Shown here one piece after another: positions 48,177-58,592 of a stretch of 64,000 nt of DNA. Within the stretch, counting starts at the first letter, position 1; each line of letters opens with the position of its first letter. The position numbers and the translations under genes were made by a program. The stretch covers positions 166,985 through 230,984 of IMG/VR virus record IMGVR_UViG_3300011774_000001. One strand, given 5' to 3'. This DNA comes from a virus. Its lineage: Duplodnaviria; Caudoviricetes. The notes under the pieces were generated by a model. That model saw nothing but the letters and a program-made list of their open reading frames with translations. It searched no databases and was not told where the DNA came from.

Positions 48177-49327
48177 TACACGTTACCTGTTACAGGGGTG
48201 TTGAGAGATTGGGCAATCATTTGAGTGGTCTGGCTATCCAGCTTACCACCGTAACCCACCGGCAATAGCGAGCCTTTTGGAACACGAGTATTCCACGCCA
48301 CTCGGGTATCGCCCATACGAGAATCATACACTTCCTTAGAAACCCAGCGTTCTAAGATCTGTTCCTCAGGATCGATCCAGAAGAAAGTGTCGTAAGTGAA
48401 CAGGTTCCAAGTGTCCTCGTTGATCTGCACCATCATCTTGTCGCGGATGGCTGGGTGCATGTTCGGGTTAAAGTATGCGACGATGTTGTTAAATTCAGTG
48501 AAGACAATTGGGTCAAAGGTGTCGCACCCGTGACACTTCCAGTTGACACTCACCTGCTGACTTTCCGTGTTGAACGGATTGTCAATGGACATGTTGGCCC
48601 CAGTGGCGGTTGGCGCAACGTATGGGTAAGCAATGGTTGACCACCAACTGGTGATACGCTTTTTGTTGGCGTCCAGCGCAAAGCGATAGATCCGCGTGTG
48701 ATAGTCAATTCGATGCTGCATGATCGCATCTGGGTACGGTACCATGTCTCCTTCATAAACGAGGGAGCCATAACAGACCCAGGTGAAAAGCAACATTATT
48801 ATGACGTTACCCGCCCCGTTACGCAGGGCTGTGTTCAGGTCCCACACCCGGTAGTTTTTGATTGTGTCATCGATCATGCTCCAGGCTTCGTGGTGGTTAC
48901 CCTCAGACGAGGAGAACGTACCCGGAGAAATCTCAGGCCAACCAGACTGGCTCACCAAACCGTTGGACAACCACGGAATGAATGCCTGCTCATGGTTTGT
49001 CAGAGGAGACCCTCGCCGTTCCCCGTTCCAAACGTTAACGGGGTCCAGCATCGCACGCACTGCACGGGGTATGCTAATACCATCGTTACCCCCGATCATG
49101 CTGAAGAATGGTCGGAAGGCGCGCAAGTTGCCATCTGTCAGGTTCAGTCGTGGACGCGTAAAGAACGTCAGACCAAACTGTTCCCGCACAGGCGGCATTG
49201 TGGGATGTGTCCCAAGGCTGTTGATGCCTCGCAACTGCTCGTAGATCGATTGGACGGAACTACCCTTGCCACCGATTCGCGAGATGAAGTCGAAAATCTT
49301 CTCAAACTCTTCTTTGCTTAAACTCAT
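48176..49327 (-). CDS. Virion/baseplate protein (phiKZ gp88-like)
   Basis: Start MSLSKEE with SD GGAGG; GLTFFTRPRLNL motif. Confidence 0.7.
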   Translation of the reverse strand: MSLSKEEFEKIFDFISRIGGKGSSVQSIYEQLRGINSLGTHPTMPPVREQFGLTFFTRPRLNLTDGNLRAFRPFFSMIGGNDGISIPRAVRAMLDPVNVWNGERRGSPLTNHEQAFIPWLSNGLVSQSGWPEISPGTFSSSEGNHHEAWSMIDDTIKNYRVWDLNTALRNGAGNVIIMLLFTWVCYGSLVYEGDMVPYPDAIMQHRIDYHTRIYRFALDANKKRITSWWSTIAYPYVAPTATGANMSIDNPFNTESQQVSVNWKCHGCDTFDPIVFTEFNNIVAYFNPNMHPAIRDKMMVQINEDTWNLFTYDTFFWIDPEEQILERWVSKEVYDSRMGDTRVAWNTRVPKGSLLPVGYGGKLDSQTTQMIAQSLNTPVTGNV

Positions 49328-49359
49328 AATTCCTCCAGACCGGTCAGGAGCATCCCCCA

Positions 49360-50658
49360 ATGAACATTAACATTCTGCCAGATTTAAGTCTGGCAGCAGC
49401 CCCGTTCACCACGGTACTTGGCAATGCCCTTAAGGTGGCTTCGACCGCCAATAGCGACAGCATCATACAGTATTCCGCCCCAGCCCGTGTGGAGCCGATC
49501 TGCTTGGTGGATGGCGCTCTGGCGCAGTACGAACACCTTTACTCGATCCTGCAGACGACCAACAGCATCTTTGCTGCGTACTACATGCAGGCCGCCGCCT
49601 CCCTGGTGAACGTTTCTGCCATGCGCTTGCTGCGTGACATCGACCCACTCAAGCCCGACCGCAACATGAACGCAGCCATTTATGACTTCGTTGAGCGTTC
49701 CGGCCAACAAGCCTACGGCGACAACAAAACGTTGCCAGGCCGCGTGGAAGCCAAGGTACTGGAGATCGTCCAGGAATCCATGAGCCTGCCGCGTATCGGT
49801 CAAGACCGCCCTGTGGTCAGCTTCATGGTCACCGAAGCCGCCGACGGCAAACCTGTCATGCGCGTTGCTTCTCCTGAAGAGGTCAAGAAGTACAAGGAAG
49901 CATCCGCCAAGGCTGCAACCGATCTGGCCAAGAAGGAATACGACAAGAACCTCGCCGAACTCAAGGCCGCTGGCAACATGGCCCGTGGCGGTAGCGTGAA
50001 GATGGGTGGCGATCTGCTCGATACCCCGAACCTCGCTGTGGGTCGTATCTTCGAAGTGTCGGCCGACTACGGCCAAGGTCTGGTCACCATTCAGGTACTC
50101 GTTACTCTGAAGACCATGATCACCACCTCGCAGAACCTGCAAGACATCTATGCCACTGGCGGTGAGCTGCGCAGTGCAAGCGAGCGTTACCACGGCTGGC
50201 GTTCGGGTCAACTGCGTTTCCTCGAAGATATCATGTTCTGCAACGACATCATCGAGAACCACCGCCGTACCGCGATCCGCGACAACACCGGCGTTTACCT
50301 GCTCAACCGTGAGCGTGACACCAAGAACCGCGTGTCGGCCCTGTTGACCGGCAAGGCATCGATCGGTACTGCCTCGGGCATCGCCGTGTTCGACTCGGTC
50401 ACTGCCAAGCGCCTGGAAGCTGCCGTGGGTGGCAAGCTGTCTGACTTCAACACCCGTGAGAAGATCTTCAAGCGTACTTACGCCATGACGATCCTCGTGG
50501 TCGACCGTGAGTGGGAAGACGTTACTGTCTACAACCGCGGCATTCCAAAAGCGGTTGAGCTGCCGATCGCTGAGTACACCCGTGCCAAGAGCAAAGGTGG
50601 CTCCGACGTAGCCGACATCGTCAAACTGTTCCTGTCCGGCTCTGCCCCTACTCTGTGA
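49360..50658 (+). CDS. Head protein (phiKZ gp89-like)
   Basis: 432 aa, strong codon bias, divergent from the gp88-like gene. Confidence 0.7.
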   Translation: MNINILPDLSLAAAPFTTVLGNALKVASTANSDSIIQYSAPARVEPICLVDGALAQYEHLYSILQTTNSIFAAYYMQAAASLVNVSAMRLLRDIDPLKPDRNMNAAIYDFVERSGQQAYGDNKTLPGRVEAKVLEIVQESMSLPRIGQDRPVVSFMVTEAADGKPVMRVASPEEVKKYKEASAKAATDLAKKEYDKNLAELKAAGNMARGGSVKMGGDLLDTPNLAVGRIFEVSADYGQGLVTIQVLVTLKTMITTSQNLQDIYATGGELRSASERYHGWRSGQLRFLEDIMFCNDIIENHRRTAIRDNTGVYLLNRERDTKNRVSALLTGKASIGTASGIAVFDSVTAKRLEAAVGGKLSDFNTREKIFKRTYAMTILVVDREWEDVTVYNRGIPKAVELPIAEYTRAKSKGGSDVADIVKLFLSGSAPTL

Positions 50659-50687
50659 GTAGGGCAACCCATTAAAGGATTGTATCC

Positions 50688-51596
50688 ATGAAGATTACAC
50701 AATTCGTTGATCGGATTGCCGACGGCTTCAGCCGCAACGGCACCGTCACCGTGCACGCGGCTGTTGTAAAGGAAATGAACGAGACCACCATCCCGGTGCT
50801 CGAAACGTTCAGCAACTACGTGGAAAGCGACCCACGTGCCAAGAAAGTCATTGCTCAGTTCGGTAAGGACTTTGTGTCCCGTATCGGGCGCACTGGCAAG
50901 GGCGAGTTCTACGACCGCATCCTCGTGGCCATGCGTGCCAACGTGGCTCAGGCCGGTGCTGTGGAAGACCTGATCTCCAAGCTCGTCCCTAAAGACGCTG
51001 ACGCCATGTCCCTGGACGGCCGTGCTGCCAACCTTGTGCAGTACGTTGAGATCATGGGCTTCACCAACCGCTACCTGCGCCATCTGTTGCTGTCCTTTAC
51101 CCAGGACATCACCAAGTCGGTCAAGGGTCCTGACTTCAAGCAGGCATTGACGGATGGCCAGCTCAAAAGTCTGCAGGCCAACCTCGGTGCGTTCGCCACT
51201 GCCATCATGGTATTGGAGCGGGCCTCTGTAGGCGTTGAGCGTGCGATCAAGGAGATCCCAGAGTTCAACGTAGCTCTGACCGACATCGACGCCATGACGG
51301 CTGCCAACGGCGCTGGCAAGATGGACCCGTTGGGCACCAGTGGCTTCATCTCTGCTGACTGGCACCCAATCCTGGCTGTGCGGATGCTGATCGAAGACCG
51401 CATCATCGCCAACTACCAGGGCGCCAAGGAAGACCGTCAGGCACTGGAATATCGCATCCAGGCTCTGATCGATTCCAAAGATGGCTCCGAGAACCCACGT
51501 CTCGAAGAAACCATCAACTACCACACCGGTCGCCTCAAAGAGGTGAACAAAAAGATCGAGAAGTACGAAGCCTCGGTCAAGGAGCCAGTTAAATGA
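50688..51596 (+). CDS. Head protein (phiKZ gp90-like)
   Basis: 302 aa, C-terminal coiled coil, synteny. Confidence 0.7.
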   Translation: MKITQFVDRIADGFSRNGTVTVHAAVVKEMNETTIPVLETFSNYVESDPRAKKVIAQFGKDFVSRIGRTGKGEFYDRILVAMRANVAQAGAVEDLISKLVPKDADAMSLDGRAANLVQYVEIMGFTNRYLRHLLLSFTQDITKSVKGPDFKQALTDGQLKSLQANLGAFATAIMVLERASVGVERAIKEIPEFNVALTDIDAMTAANGAGKMDPLGTSGFISADWHPILAVRMLIEDRIIANYQGAKEDRQALEYRIQALIDSKDGSENPRLEETINYHTGRLKEVNKKIEKYEASVKEPVK

Positions 51597-52147
51597 ATGA
51601 CCGCGGGTTCGACGTCTACAGTAGCGGGTTTGCACGCCTGAGCCCGCTCCAGGCAGGCACGGGCTACCGTGAGCCTGATACTATGGCAGTTACGCACTAT
51701 GATGGTATGGTCAAAGGCCAGCTCAATGTCGTAGATGCAAAACACTTCGATAGCGTCATGCGTAATGCTTTGGCGCTCCTCGGCACTGGCCCGGATTGGA
51801 TCATGGTTCAAGCCATGAACCCGAACCTGTCGAAGTACCAGGTAGACTTTATGGTTGATACTATCAATTATATAGTCACTGGGAAACGCCGGTACTATCT
51901 GGCCACTTGGCGCGAGCTGAATGCCGAGGCCAACAACAACGGTTCCGTTAAGCCTATTGTTATGGGTGGTCGAACTGTTAACCCCGAAATCAAAGTGCCC
52001 CCTGAATTGCTCAAGGGACACCCAACGGAAATCATCTCCCGCTGGATCGCCCGAGAGGGTGGTGTAGTGGATTTGATAGAGTCGCTGCACCTGATGTTCG
52101 GTGGCGACATCGAAGTCGGTGAGATCGGCTCGCTAGTAGCTAGCTAG
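51593..52147 (+). CDS. Conserved virion-region protein (phiKZ gp91-like)
   Basis: ATGA overlap; synteny. Confidence 0.65.
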   Translation: MNDRGFDVYSSGFARLSPLQAGTGYREPDTMAVTHYDGMVKGQLNVVDAKHFDSVMRNALALLGTGPDWIMVQAMNPNLSKYQVDFMVDTINYIVTGKRRYYLATWRELNAEANNNGSVKPIVMGGRTVNPEIKVPPELLKGHPTEIISRWIAREGGVVDLIESLHLMFGGDIEVGEIGSLVAS

Positions 52148-52182
52148 CGCTATCGCAATCAACAACTCTGGAGTTACACCTC

Positions 52183-53430
52183 ATGCGTAAATTTGGCAAT
52201 CGCCGTCCGTCCATCGGCGGCATGGTGCTGGAAAACCTCGAAGGCGCCGATCAGACTGCAGCGGAAATCGACATCGACACCGACAGCCAACACGGTGACG
52301 GCGCCGACCTGGCCCTGCTGGAACTGAAAGACGTTCAGAACGAAGAAGCTTCCAACGAAGCTGCTCAGAACGACCTGGAAAACACCGTTGCCGCTCTGGA
52401 AAGCCTGCTGGAAACCGCAGAAGCTGCCCAGGAAACCGGCGGTCTGGACCCAGTCGCTGCTGACCTGCTGCAAAAGGCAGTCGAAAACGAAACCGCTCCG
52501 CTGGGTACCCCGGCTGAAGAAGTGGTTCCGGCTCTGGAAAACTTCACCTCGCCTTCCAACCGTCGCCAAGCGACCGTGATGGCGTGCGAAGGCATCAAAG
52601 AGTGGATCGACAAAGTCTGGGCCAAGATCAAAGATCTGATCCAGAAAGGTCGCGACCTGGCCAAGAAAGCCTACATCGCTGCCAAGCAGTTCATCCAGCG
52701 TATCGAACCGCGCGTCAAGGGTCTGCAACAAGACCTGGCCAACCGCAACTTCTCGATGCCGAAAGCCGGCAACGTCAGCGCCAGCGGCGAATGGGCTCTG
52801 GGCGAAGTCGACAAGCTGAAGCAACTGTCCGACGCCGTGCTGTCCAAGTACGTGCCTGCGGCCATTGCTCACGCCAAGTCGGTTGCCTCCGCTCTGAATG
52901 CCGGCGACGCTGCCAAAGCGGCCGAAGGCGAGAAGGACAAGGAAGCCGTGGCTCCTGAGTTCAACGTTCCGAAAGACCTGGCTGCTCCTGCCAAAGTCGT
53001 TCTGAACCTGAAGAACCTGCCAGGCGGCCGCATCTTGGCTCCGGCCGGCGACACCCTGACCATCCGTACTGCTACTGCTCAGTCGAGCGGCGGTTCGAAT
53101 GGCACCAAGGCCGCCAGCGAAGCTGAGCTGTCGAAGGTCCTGGAAACTCTCCTGACTGTCGCGAAAGACGTGGTGGCGTTCGAGAAGAACTTCACCGAGA
53201 AAGATCGCGCTGAAGAAGAAGTTGTCAAGGCCGGCGACCAGTTCGCCAAGAAAGCCAAAGCCAACGACAAAGGCGACGACGCCGACGCTCGCGCCGCTGT
53301 CAACGCTGCCAAAGACGCCGGTCGTCTGCTGAACCAGCCAACCAAAGATGTTCTGGGTTACCTGGTTACCGCGATCAACGGCTACTGCGGTGTTGTTGCT
53401 TCGCACCTGAAAGCCTACGACAAGAAGTAA
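52183..53430 (+). CDS. Abundant internal head protein (phiKZ gp93-97 paralog family)
   Basis: Acidic propeptide with ALE/AQE/ACE sites followed by the amphipathic helix GIKEWIDKVWAKIKDLI; extreme codon bias. Confidence 0.8.
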   Translation: MRKFGNRRPSIGGMVLENLEGADQTAAEIDIDTDSQHGDGADLALLELKDVQNEEASNEAAQNDLENTVAALESLLETAEAAQETGGLDPVAADLLQKAVENETAPLGTPAEEVVPALENFTSPSNRRQATVMACEGIKEWIDKVWAKIKDLIQKGRDLAKKAYIAAKQFIQRIEPRVKGLQQDLANRNFSMPKAGNVSASGEWALGEVDKLKQLSDAVLSKYVPAAIAHAKSVASALNAGDAAKAAEGEKDKEAVAPEFNVPKDLAAPAKVVLNLKNLPGGRILAPAGDTLTIRTATAQSSGGSNGTKAASEAELSKVLETLLTVAKDVVAFEKNFTEKDRAEEEVVKAGDQFAKKAKANDKGDDADARAAVNAAKDAGRLLNQPTKDVLGYLVTAINGYCGVVASHLKAYDKK

Positions 53431-53458
53431 TTCTCGTCTAGCGCCGATGGCGATGTAA

Positions 53459-53492
53459 ATAAAAGCCGGGTCTTCGGGCCCGGCTTTTATGC
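53459..53492 (+). terminator. Intrinsic terminator
   Basis: AAAAGCCGGGTC-TTCG-GGCCCGGCTTTT followed by ATGC. Confidence 0.8.
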
Positions 53493-53538
53493 TGTCGTTT
53501 GACCATGCTATGAACGTTCCTCTCTAAAGGACTCTGCC

Positions 53539-55125
53539 ATGCCCAACGGAAACTTTGCCATTGGGAACACCTACGAGACCACTACTCGCCCCGTGGCCTG
53601 GGCTGTGGCAAAAGACTGCCTTGCTCGGTTAGGTTTCCCTGAATCTGCGTACCTGAACTTTAAGGGCTCTTCTGAGAAAGCTCAGACCAAAGACAGTGCG
53701 ATCGATGACTACGCCAACAAGAACTGGTTCGGTACCAATACCGAGGCGATTCTGCAGATCGAAGAAGATCCGATCATTGAGCGTATCTACGAGGCCTCTG
53801 TCATTCGTCTGGATAACGTCCCTGTCTTCAAGGACGCAGAGACCCACACCTACATCCGCCCCATCTACCAACCTGTCAAGATGACGCTGCGCTTTCGCCT
53901 GCGTTGCCAAGACGAGGTAGAGGCCAACCGCTTCCGTGACGACACATGGGCCCGTAGCCACCTGCTGCGCCATGAGTGCTTGCACGAGCTGACTTACCAT
54001 TGGCAACTGCCTAAAGTGTATCTGGTGATCCTACAGGAGATCTGGAAGCTACAGGAAGCCCATGACCAGACGGGTCTCTCGTTTGGTAAGTACCTGCGTG
54101 ACCGCTTTGACCCCCGCATTGATACAGTGACTAACTTGGCTGGCCGTGAGGCTACGCTGGTTGTTCCTGAAGATCAAGTCCGTGCGTTGGGTTGGTTTGA
54201 CTTTGCTGGGGTGATGGACAAGCCTACCTTCAACAAAGACAACAACACGTGGGATCTGGAATGGTCGTACAGCCTGGTCTACGACAAACCCGTCGAAGCG
54301 GCCATGACCTACCCACTGGTAATTCGCCAGAAGATGATCGGCCCAGACTTCCGTCCTGTTAAAGGGATGTACAAGCTGGACAACCGTGACCCGTCCCTGT
54401 CGAACGTACAGCGCTCGCTGTTCAGCTTCTTCAACGTGTGGGTACCGCCTAAGGGGATTCTGGATCGTCGTTACCCTGACTTCGATACATGGGAGCCTGA
54501 GGGTTACACTTACGGCTGCATGGACCTGTGGATCGGCATGCTCGGTCTGACCATGGAGAACCGTCGGGATCTGTTGTCCATTTACAACATCGGTGATCAC
54601 AAGCTGTCGGATCAGGTAACCGACTTCATGATCGATGAGCGGGACTACGTCTGTAAGCCTCGCCAGAGCCTGTTTGAGATCGGTGTGTACTCGGACAATG
54701 AAAGGGCATGGCCTGATCAGGTAACGCTCGGTGCAGACGGTATTGTGCGGGCTACCGATGATCTTAGCATGATCCCGATCTACCACGTTGTGATCTCGTT
54801 CCGTAATGACCTGCGCACACTGGACCCTGAGAACATCGATCGCATCATCAAGAACGCCTGTAAGGTCTACGGCATTCTCGCCTCGATGTATCCAACAGCT
54901 GCTGAGCTGGAACTCATCCCACTGCCTTCTCGTCGCTGTACGTGGACCCGTGATCAATGGGACCAGATTGTGGAACTGATCAGTCCTCCCCCTCGTCGCC
55001 CTAACCCTAACCCAGGGCCTGGTGGCGGTACGTCCATCTCGGCTGGCGCACGTCGCCTAGCCATGCAGACCGTGGGTACCTACAACATCGTTACTCGGAG
55101 AAACCAAGATGCTGATCCAAGTTGA
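53539..55125 (+). CDS. Virion structural protein (phiKZ gp98-like by synteny)
   Basis: 528-aa ORF in the structural block. Confidence 0.65.
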   Translation: MPNGNFAIGNTYETTTRPVAWAVAKDCLARLGFPESAYLNFKGSSEKAQTKDSAIDDYANKNWFGTNTEAILQIEEDPIIERIYEASVIRLDNVPVFKDAETHTYIRPIYQPVKMTLRFRLRCQDEVEANRFRDDTWARSHLLRHECLHELTYHWQLPKVYLVILQEIWKLQEAHDQTGLSFGKYLRDRFDPRIDTVTNLAGREATLVVPEDQVRALGWFDFAGVMDKPTFNKDNNTWDLEWSYSLVYDKPVEAAMTYPLVIRQKMIGPDFRPVKGMYKLDNRDPSLSNVQRSLFSFFNVWVPPKGILDRRYPDFDTWEPEGYTYGCMDLWIGMLGLTMENRRDLLSIYNIGDHKLSDQVTDFMIDERDYVCKPRQSLFEIGVYSDNERAWPDQVTLGADGIVRATDDLSMIPIYHVVISFRNDLRTLDPENIDRIIKNACKVYGILASMYPTAAELELIPLPSRRCTWTRDQWDQIVELISPPPRRPNPNPGPGGGTSISAGARRLAMQTVGTYNIVTRRNQDADPS

Positions 55126-56488
55126 TCCGGCCAAAGACAAAAAACAGGAAGCCAGTGGCCGGGTAGTCCCGGCTGACATGAGAACTGCTTTGGTGCAGAC
55201 TCGCTTCCAGCCCCGTGAGTCCCTCATCACACAGATGCAGGGTTCCATTTTCCCCACCACCTGGTTCTTCCAAGTGTTGGGGAGTGCTGACGCTGCCAAG
55301 CCTCAACAATTGGAACAAGACGCACCGTGGCAACAGTATGAACGCGTCAACAATTTCGAGACGCGGTTGCAAGGTGAGTTCTCTTTCTCTTACGAGGAAG
55401 AGGGTGGTGATCGGGTTGTCACGGGTGAGCTGCAAACTTACCCCGGCAAGAAGCCCAATATCGGTGACCCGTTCCTGGCTGACGCCGGCGATGGGCGCAT
55501 GGGTCACTTTGAGGTAACTGGCGTTGAACCACTGACCTGGATGAATCAGGCGTGCTACAGCGTGCGGTTTGTACTCAAGGCCCGTAACGATGCCATTCGC
55601 TTGGCTGACCTTGAAAAGAAAACGGTCGAGACGTTTTACTACGTTACCGACTTTATCCGGTTTGGCAAGAACCCGGTTCTGATCGACTCGCTGTATGAAG
55701 ACTACCGTACACTGTTCCGCACCAGCGAGACAATGATCGGTGAGTACATGCGCTTGTTCTTCAGTGAGGTTAGCCAGACTCTCATGATCCCTGGACAGGC
55801 TTCCAACTGCTATGATCCCTTTCTGGTTTCTGCTGTGCTCAGCATTCTTGAAACTACCGAACACCCACTACTGCGCAAAGTCTCGGCTCACAACACAGAC
55901 GCCCAGTACGCTTTTCGAACCACCACGATCTGGGATGCCCTCCTGCAAATGGAGCCCAGCCACCTCCACCTCGCCTGCCATCAGCTAGGGCTTGCGCCGA
56001 AGTCGGTTGCGCGCACTCGTGCTAATTACGGCGGCGTGTACTGGGCCCAGATCGACCGCATCATGTTTCCCATGGAAGCCCGTGAGGACGCCGATGCATC
56101 CCGCTACAGTGCCATGTCGATTACCACCACCCGCCTTGAACCAGGCCCAGCCCCGGTGCGTGACTTTAATCGACTGATCCGTGAGAAGGACACCACCTCC
56201 GTACGGATCGTCGAGCAACTGTCGGAAGCCGACCGTGTGACAAACATCAAGGATGTCACCGTCGATGATTACTACGTGTTCAGTAAGGCCTTCTATGAGG
56301 AGGACGCTGCCAACATGAGTCGCCTTGAGAAACTGGTCTGGTCTGTACTGAACCAGGGTGAACTCGACGTGCCAATCTTGGCACAGTTGGTCCGTCAGTC
56401 CAAGTATTGGGACAAGCTCGAACGCTTCTACTACGTGCCAGTGCTGATGATCCTGTCGGTGTTGGCGATGAGAGGACCTTCGATATGA
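55109..56488 (+). CDS. Virion structural protein (phiKZ gp99-like by synteny)
   Basis: 459 aa; PNIGDPFLADAGDGR motif. Confidence 0.65.
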   Translation: MLIQVDPAKDKKQEASGRVVPADMRTALVQTRFQPRESLITQMQGSIFPTTWFFQVLGSADAAKPQQLEQDAPWQQYERVNNFETRLQGEFSFSYEEEGGDRVVTGELQTYPGKKPNIGDPFLADAGDGRMGHFEVTGVEPLTWMNQACYSVRFVLKARNDAIRLADLEKKTVETFYYVTDFIRFGKNPVLIDSLYEDYRTLFRTSETMIGEYMRLFFSEVSQTLMIPGQASNCYDPFLVSAVLSILETTEHPLLRKVSAHNTDAQYAFRTTTIWDALLQMEPSHLHLACHQLGLAPKSVARTRANYGGVYWAQIDRIMFPMEAREDADASRYSAMSITTTRLEPGPAPVRDFNRLIREKDTTSVRIVEQLSEADRVTNIKDVTVDDYYVFSKAFYEEDAANMSRLEKLVWSVLNQGELDVPILAQLVRQSKYWDKLERFYYVPVLMILSVLAMRGPSI

Positions 56489-57105
56489 ACCAGAGAGTGC
56501 GGCCTAAGCCAGACGCTATTTCCAGTCTGACCCCTGCGCAGAAGATCACTGATCGACTGTACGAGGTCATGGTACCTCGGTTGTTCCTGCAGGCAGCTGA
56601 CGCTGCAGCTTTCTTTGGCACCATGACCCAAGACAACCCCATGGCTCAAAAGGAACAAGAGCAAGGGGACATGCGCGTAAACCTGCCCGGCCATCGAATG
56701 GCCGAGTTGTACGCTCGTGGTTGTAAGCCATGGTTCTTGAAACCCGAACGCAGTCGTGTGCTCTACCTCGATTTGGTTGAATACCTCAAAGAGGCGGAGA
56801 GTCACTTCAACGGTGCGCCTAACTCCACGCGTTGGACACCGGACTTCATGGATAACCTCCTGAAGATCGAGAACTTCGCTCACTGGTTGTTGGGCGTGGC
56901 TAAACCTTATCTGACAGAAGCCGATGCTGGACCTACCAAGGATCAGTTGGCAGGTTACCGCCGCATCACACCGCTCTCTCGTAAGACGGTGGAGCAGCAG
57001 CAGGCAGAAGCCAAGGCACAAGAGCACTTGGAGAAAGACCACAAGCGCGTTGTGGATGAAATGATCGAACGACAAGTGGCCCGTGGCCGGAGTGGGTGGC
57101 GTTAA
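56485..57105 (+). CDS. Conserved protein (phiKZ gp100-like by synteny)
   Basis: ATGA overlap at 56485. Confidence 0.65.
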   Translation: MNQRVRPKPDAISSLTPAQKITDRLYEVMVPRLFLQAADAAAFFGTMTQDNPMAQKEQEQGDMRVNLPGHRMAELYARGCKPWFLKPERSRVLYLDLVEYLKEAESHFNGAPNSTRWTPDFMDNLLKIENFAHWLLGVAKPYLTEADAGPTKDQLAGYRRITPLSRKTVEQQQAEAKAQEHLEKDHKRVVDEMIERQVARGRSGWR

Positions 57106-58478
57106 TGGAGACTCGTCGCTTAACCACGATTGAAGAGATCAATGCGATCTTTACGGATGGGTCCAAACCCGTTCACTTTGTTTGGCGTTGTACGATCGAG
57201 GTTAACGGCGAAACCATTGATCCCCATCGTACGCTGAACATTGACATCAACCGTCATTACACCATGAACTTTGCCGAAGAGATCATGGTGGAGCTGCAGG
57301 TGGCGCCGTCGCAGTACGTGGACAAGATCTATCCCAACCGGCAGAACATCACCGTGACGTTGTATCAGATCCCCCTCAATGAGGATGGCTCTGAAAACTG
57401 GGATGAGAAACGCTATCTGCAGATCTATCGCGGCATGATCAAAGGGGGTAAGGATCTCAAGCTGAACCCCAACCGTGAACAAGGTAACAGCGAAGACCTT
57501 GACATGGGTGGTCATGTGGTGGTGGAGTTCCAGTTGGTGTCTCGTGCGCTGGAACAGCTGCGCCTGCGTCTGCCGGGCGGCCCTTACCGCAACACCACTG
57601 CAGGTCGTGTGCTCAAATCGATCTTCGATCAAGAGCGCCAACGTATCAAGGTGGACAGCATTGAAGCGATCACTGGGGTGGACATGGTTCCGCCAGACAA
57701 CACGGTGATTCGTGAACATGTGGTTGTTGACCATGGGTTGCAGTTGATCGAGTTGCCCAGTTTCTTGCAGAATCGTGCAGGTGGCATTTACAACGCTGAC
57801 ATTGCATTCTTCTTGCAGGGTGACAAGATCTACATCTGGCCCAAGTACGGACTGGATCGTAAGGAGCGGGATAAGCAAGTCCTGACTATCTTCGACATTC
57901 CGGCTAACCAGTTCCCAGGCGTTGAGCGAACCTATCGCGAGACGTTGGGGCAGGTGATCATCCTGACCACGGGTAACTCCTCCAACACCGACGTCAGTGA
58001 AGCACTGGATCTGAACCAAGGTAACGGTATTCGCTTCACAGATGCCATGTCTGTATTGAATGGCATGATTGAGATGGTCGACGGTAAGCCGATTGCTCGA
58101 CGGGGTGCTTCTGCATCTGAGTTTGTGGATGAGGTGAGACAGACTGGCTTGAACTTTGCGCCCATTGCAAAAGAGCGTATTACGTCCAACGCCATGAAGA
58201 TGGCTTCCAAGCTGGCCCCACGTAAAGGCATGACGATGCAGTTAACCTGGGAGAACGCTAACCCGTTCTTGGTTTATCCAGGTATGCCTGTTCGCATCTA
58301 CACGCCACGCGATGGAGTGTTGGAAGAAAGGAAAGGGGTATTGGCTGACGCGCAATTCTTTATTGCGCCCAAGGCTAAGACAGCGAAGAACTCACAGCAA
58401 GCATGTGTGGGACACCTCGCAGTATTCGTTTCTAGAGCCACTGTTGAAGATCAGCTACCTGACATACCTGCGCAGTAG
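57096..58478 (+). CDS. Virion protein, probable baseplate hub (phiKZ gp101-like)
   Basis: 460 aa; WENANPFLVYPGMPVR motif; alternative ATG at 57105 by TAATG overlap. Confidence 0.6.
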   Translation: MALMETRRLTTIEEINAIFTDGSKPVHFVWRCTIEVNGETIDPHRTLNIDINRHYTMNFAEEIMVELQVAPSQYVDKIYPNRQNITVTLYQIPLNEDGSENWDEKRYLQIYRGMIKGGKDLKLNPNREQGNSEDLDMGGHVVVEFQLVSRALEQLRLRLPGGPYRNTTAGRVLKSIFDQERQRIKVDSIEAITGVDMVPPDNTVIREHVVVDHGLQLIELPSFLQNRAGGIYNADIAFFLQGDKIYIWPKYGLDRKERDKQVLTIFDIPANQFPGVERTYRETLGQVIILTTGNSSNTDVSEALDLNQGNGIRFTDAMSVLNGMIEMVDGKPIARRGASASEFVDEVRQTGLNFAPIAKERITSNAMKMASKLAPRKGMTMQLTWENANPFLVYPGMPVRIYTPRDGVLEERKGVLADAQFFIAPKAKTAKNSQQACVGHLAVFVSRATVEDQLPDIPAQ

Positions 58479-58482
58479 TAAA

Positions 58483-58525
58483 GCTCTCTACGGGCCTCCT
58501 AGGGGCTCGTAGGGGGTATTATGCC
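58483..58525 (+). terminator. Terminator-like hairpin
   Basis: CTCTCTACGGGCCTC / GGGCTCGTAGGGGG arms, then TATTATGCC. Confidence 0.65.
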
Positions 58526-58543
58526 GTAGGATATTAAATCATC

Positions 58544-58567
58544 TCAGAACTAGACTATCAATGTGAA
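58544..58567 (+). promoter_or_regulatory. Early-promoter-like motif
   Basis: TCAGAACTAGACTATCAATGTGAA; the last 18 nt are identical to the chimallin copy. Confidence 0.65.
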
Positions 58568-58592
58568 CATCTCCCATTAAAAGGAACGCTGC

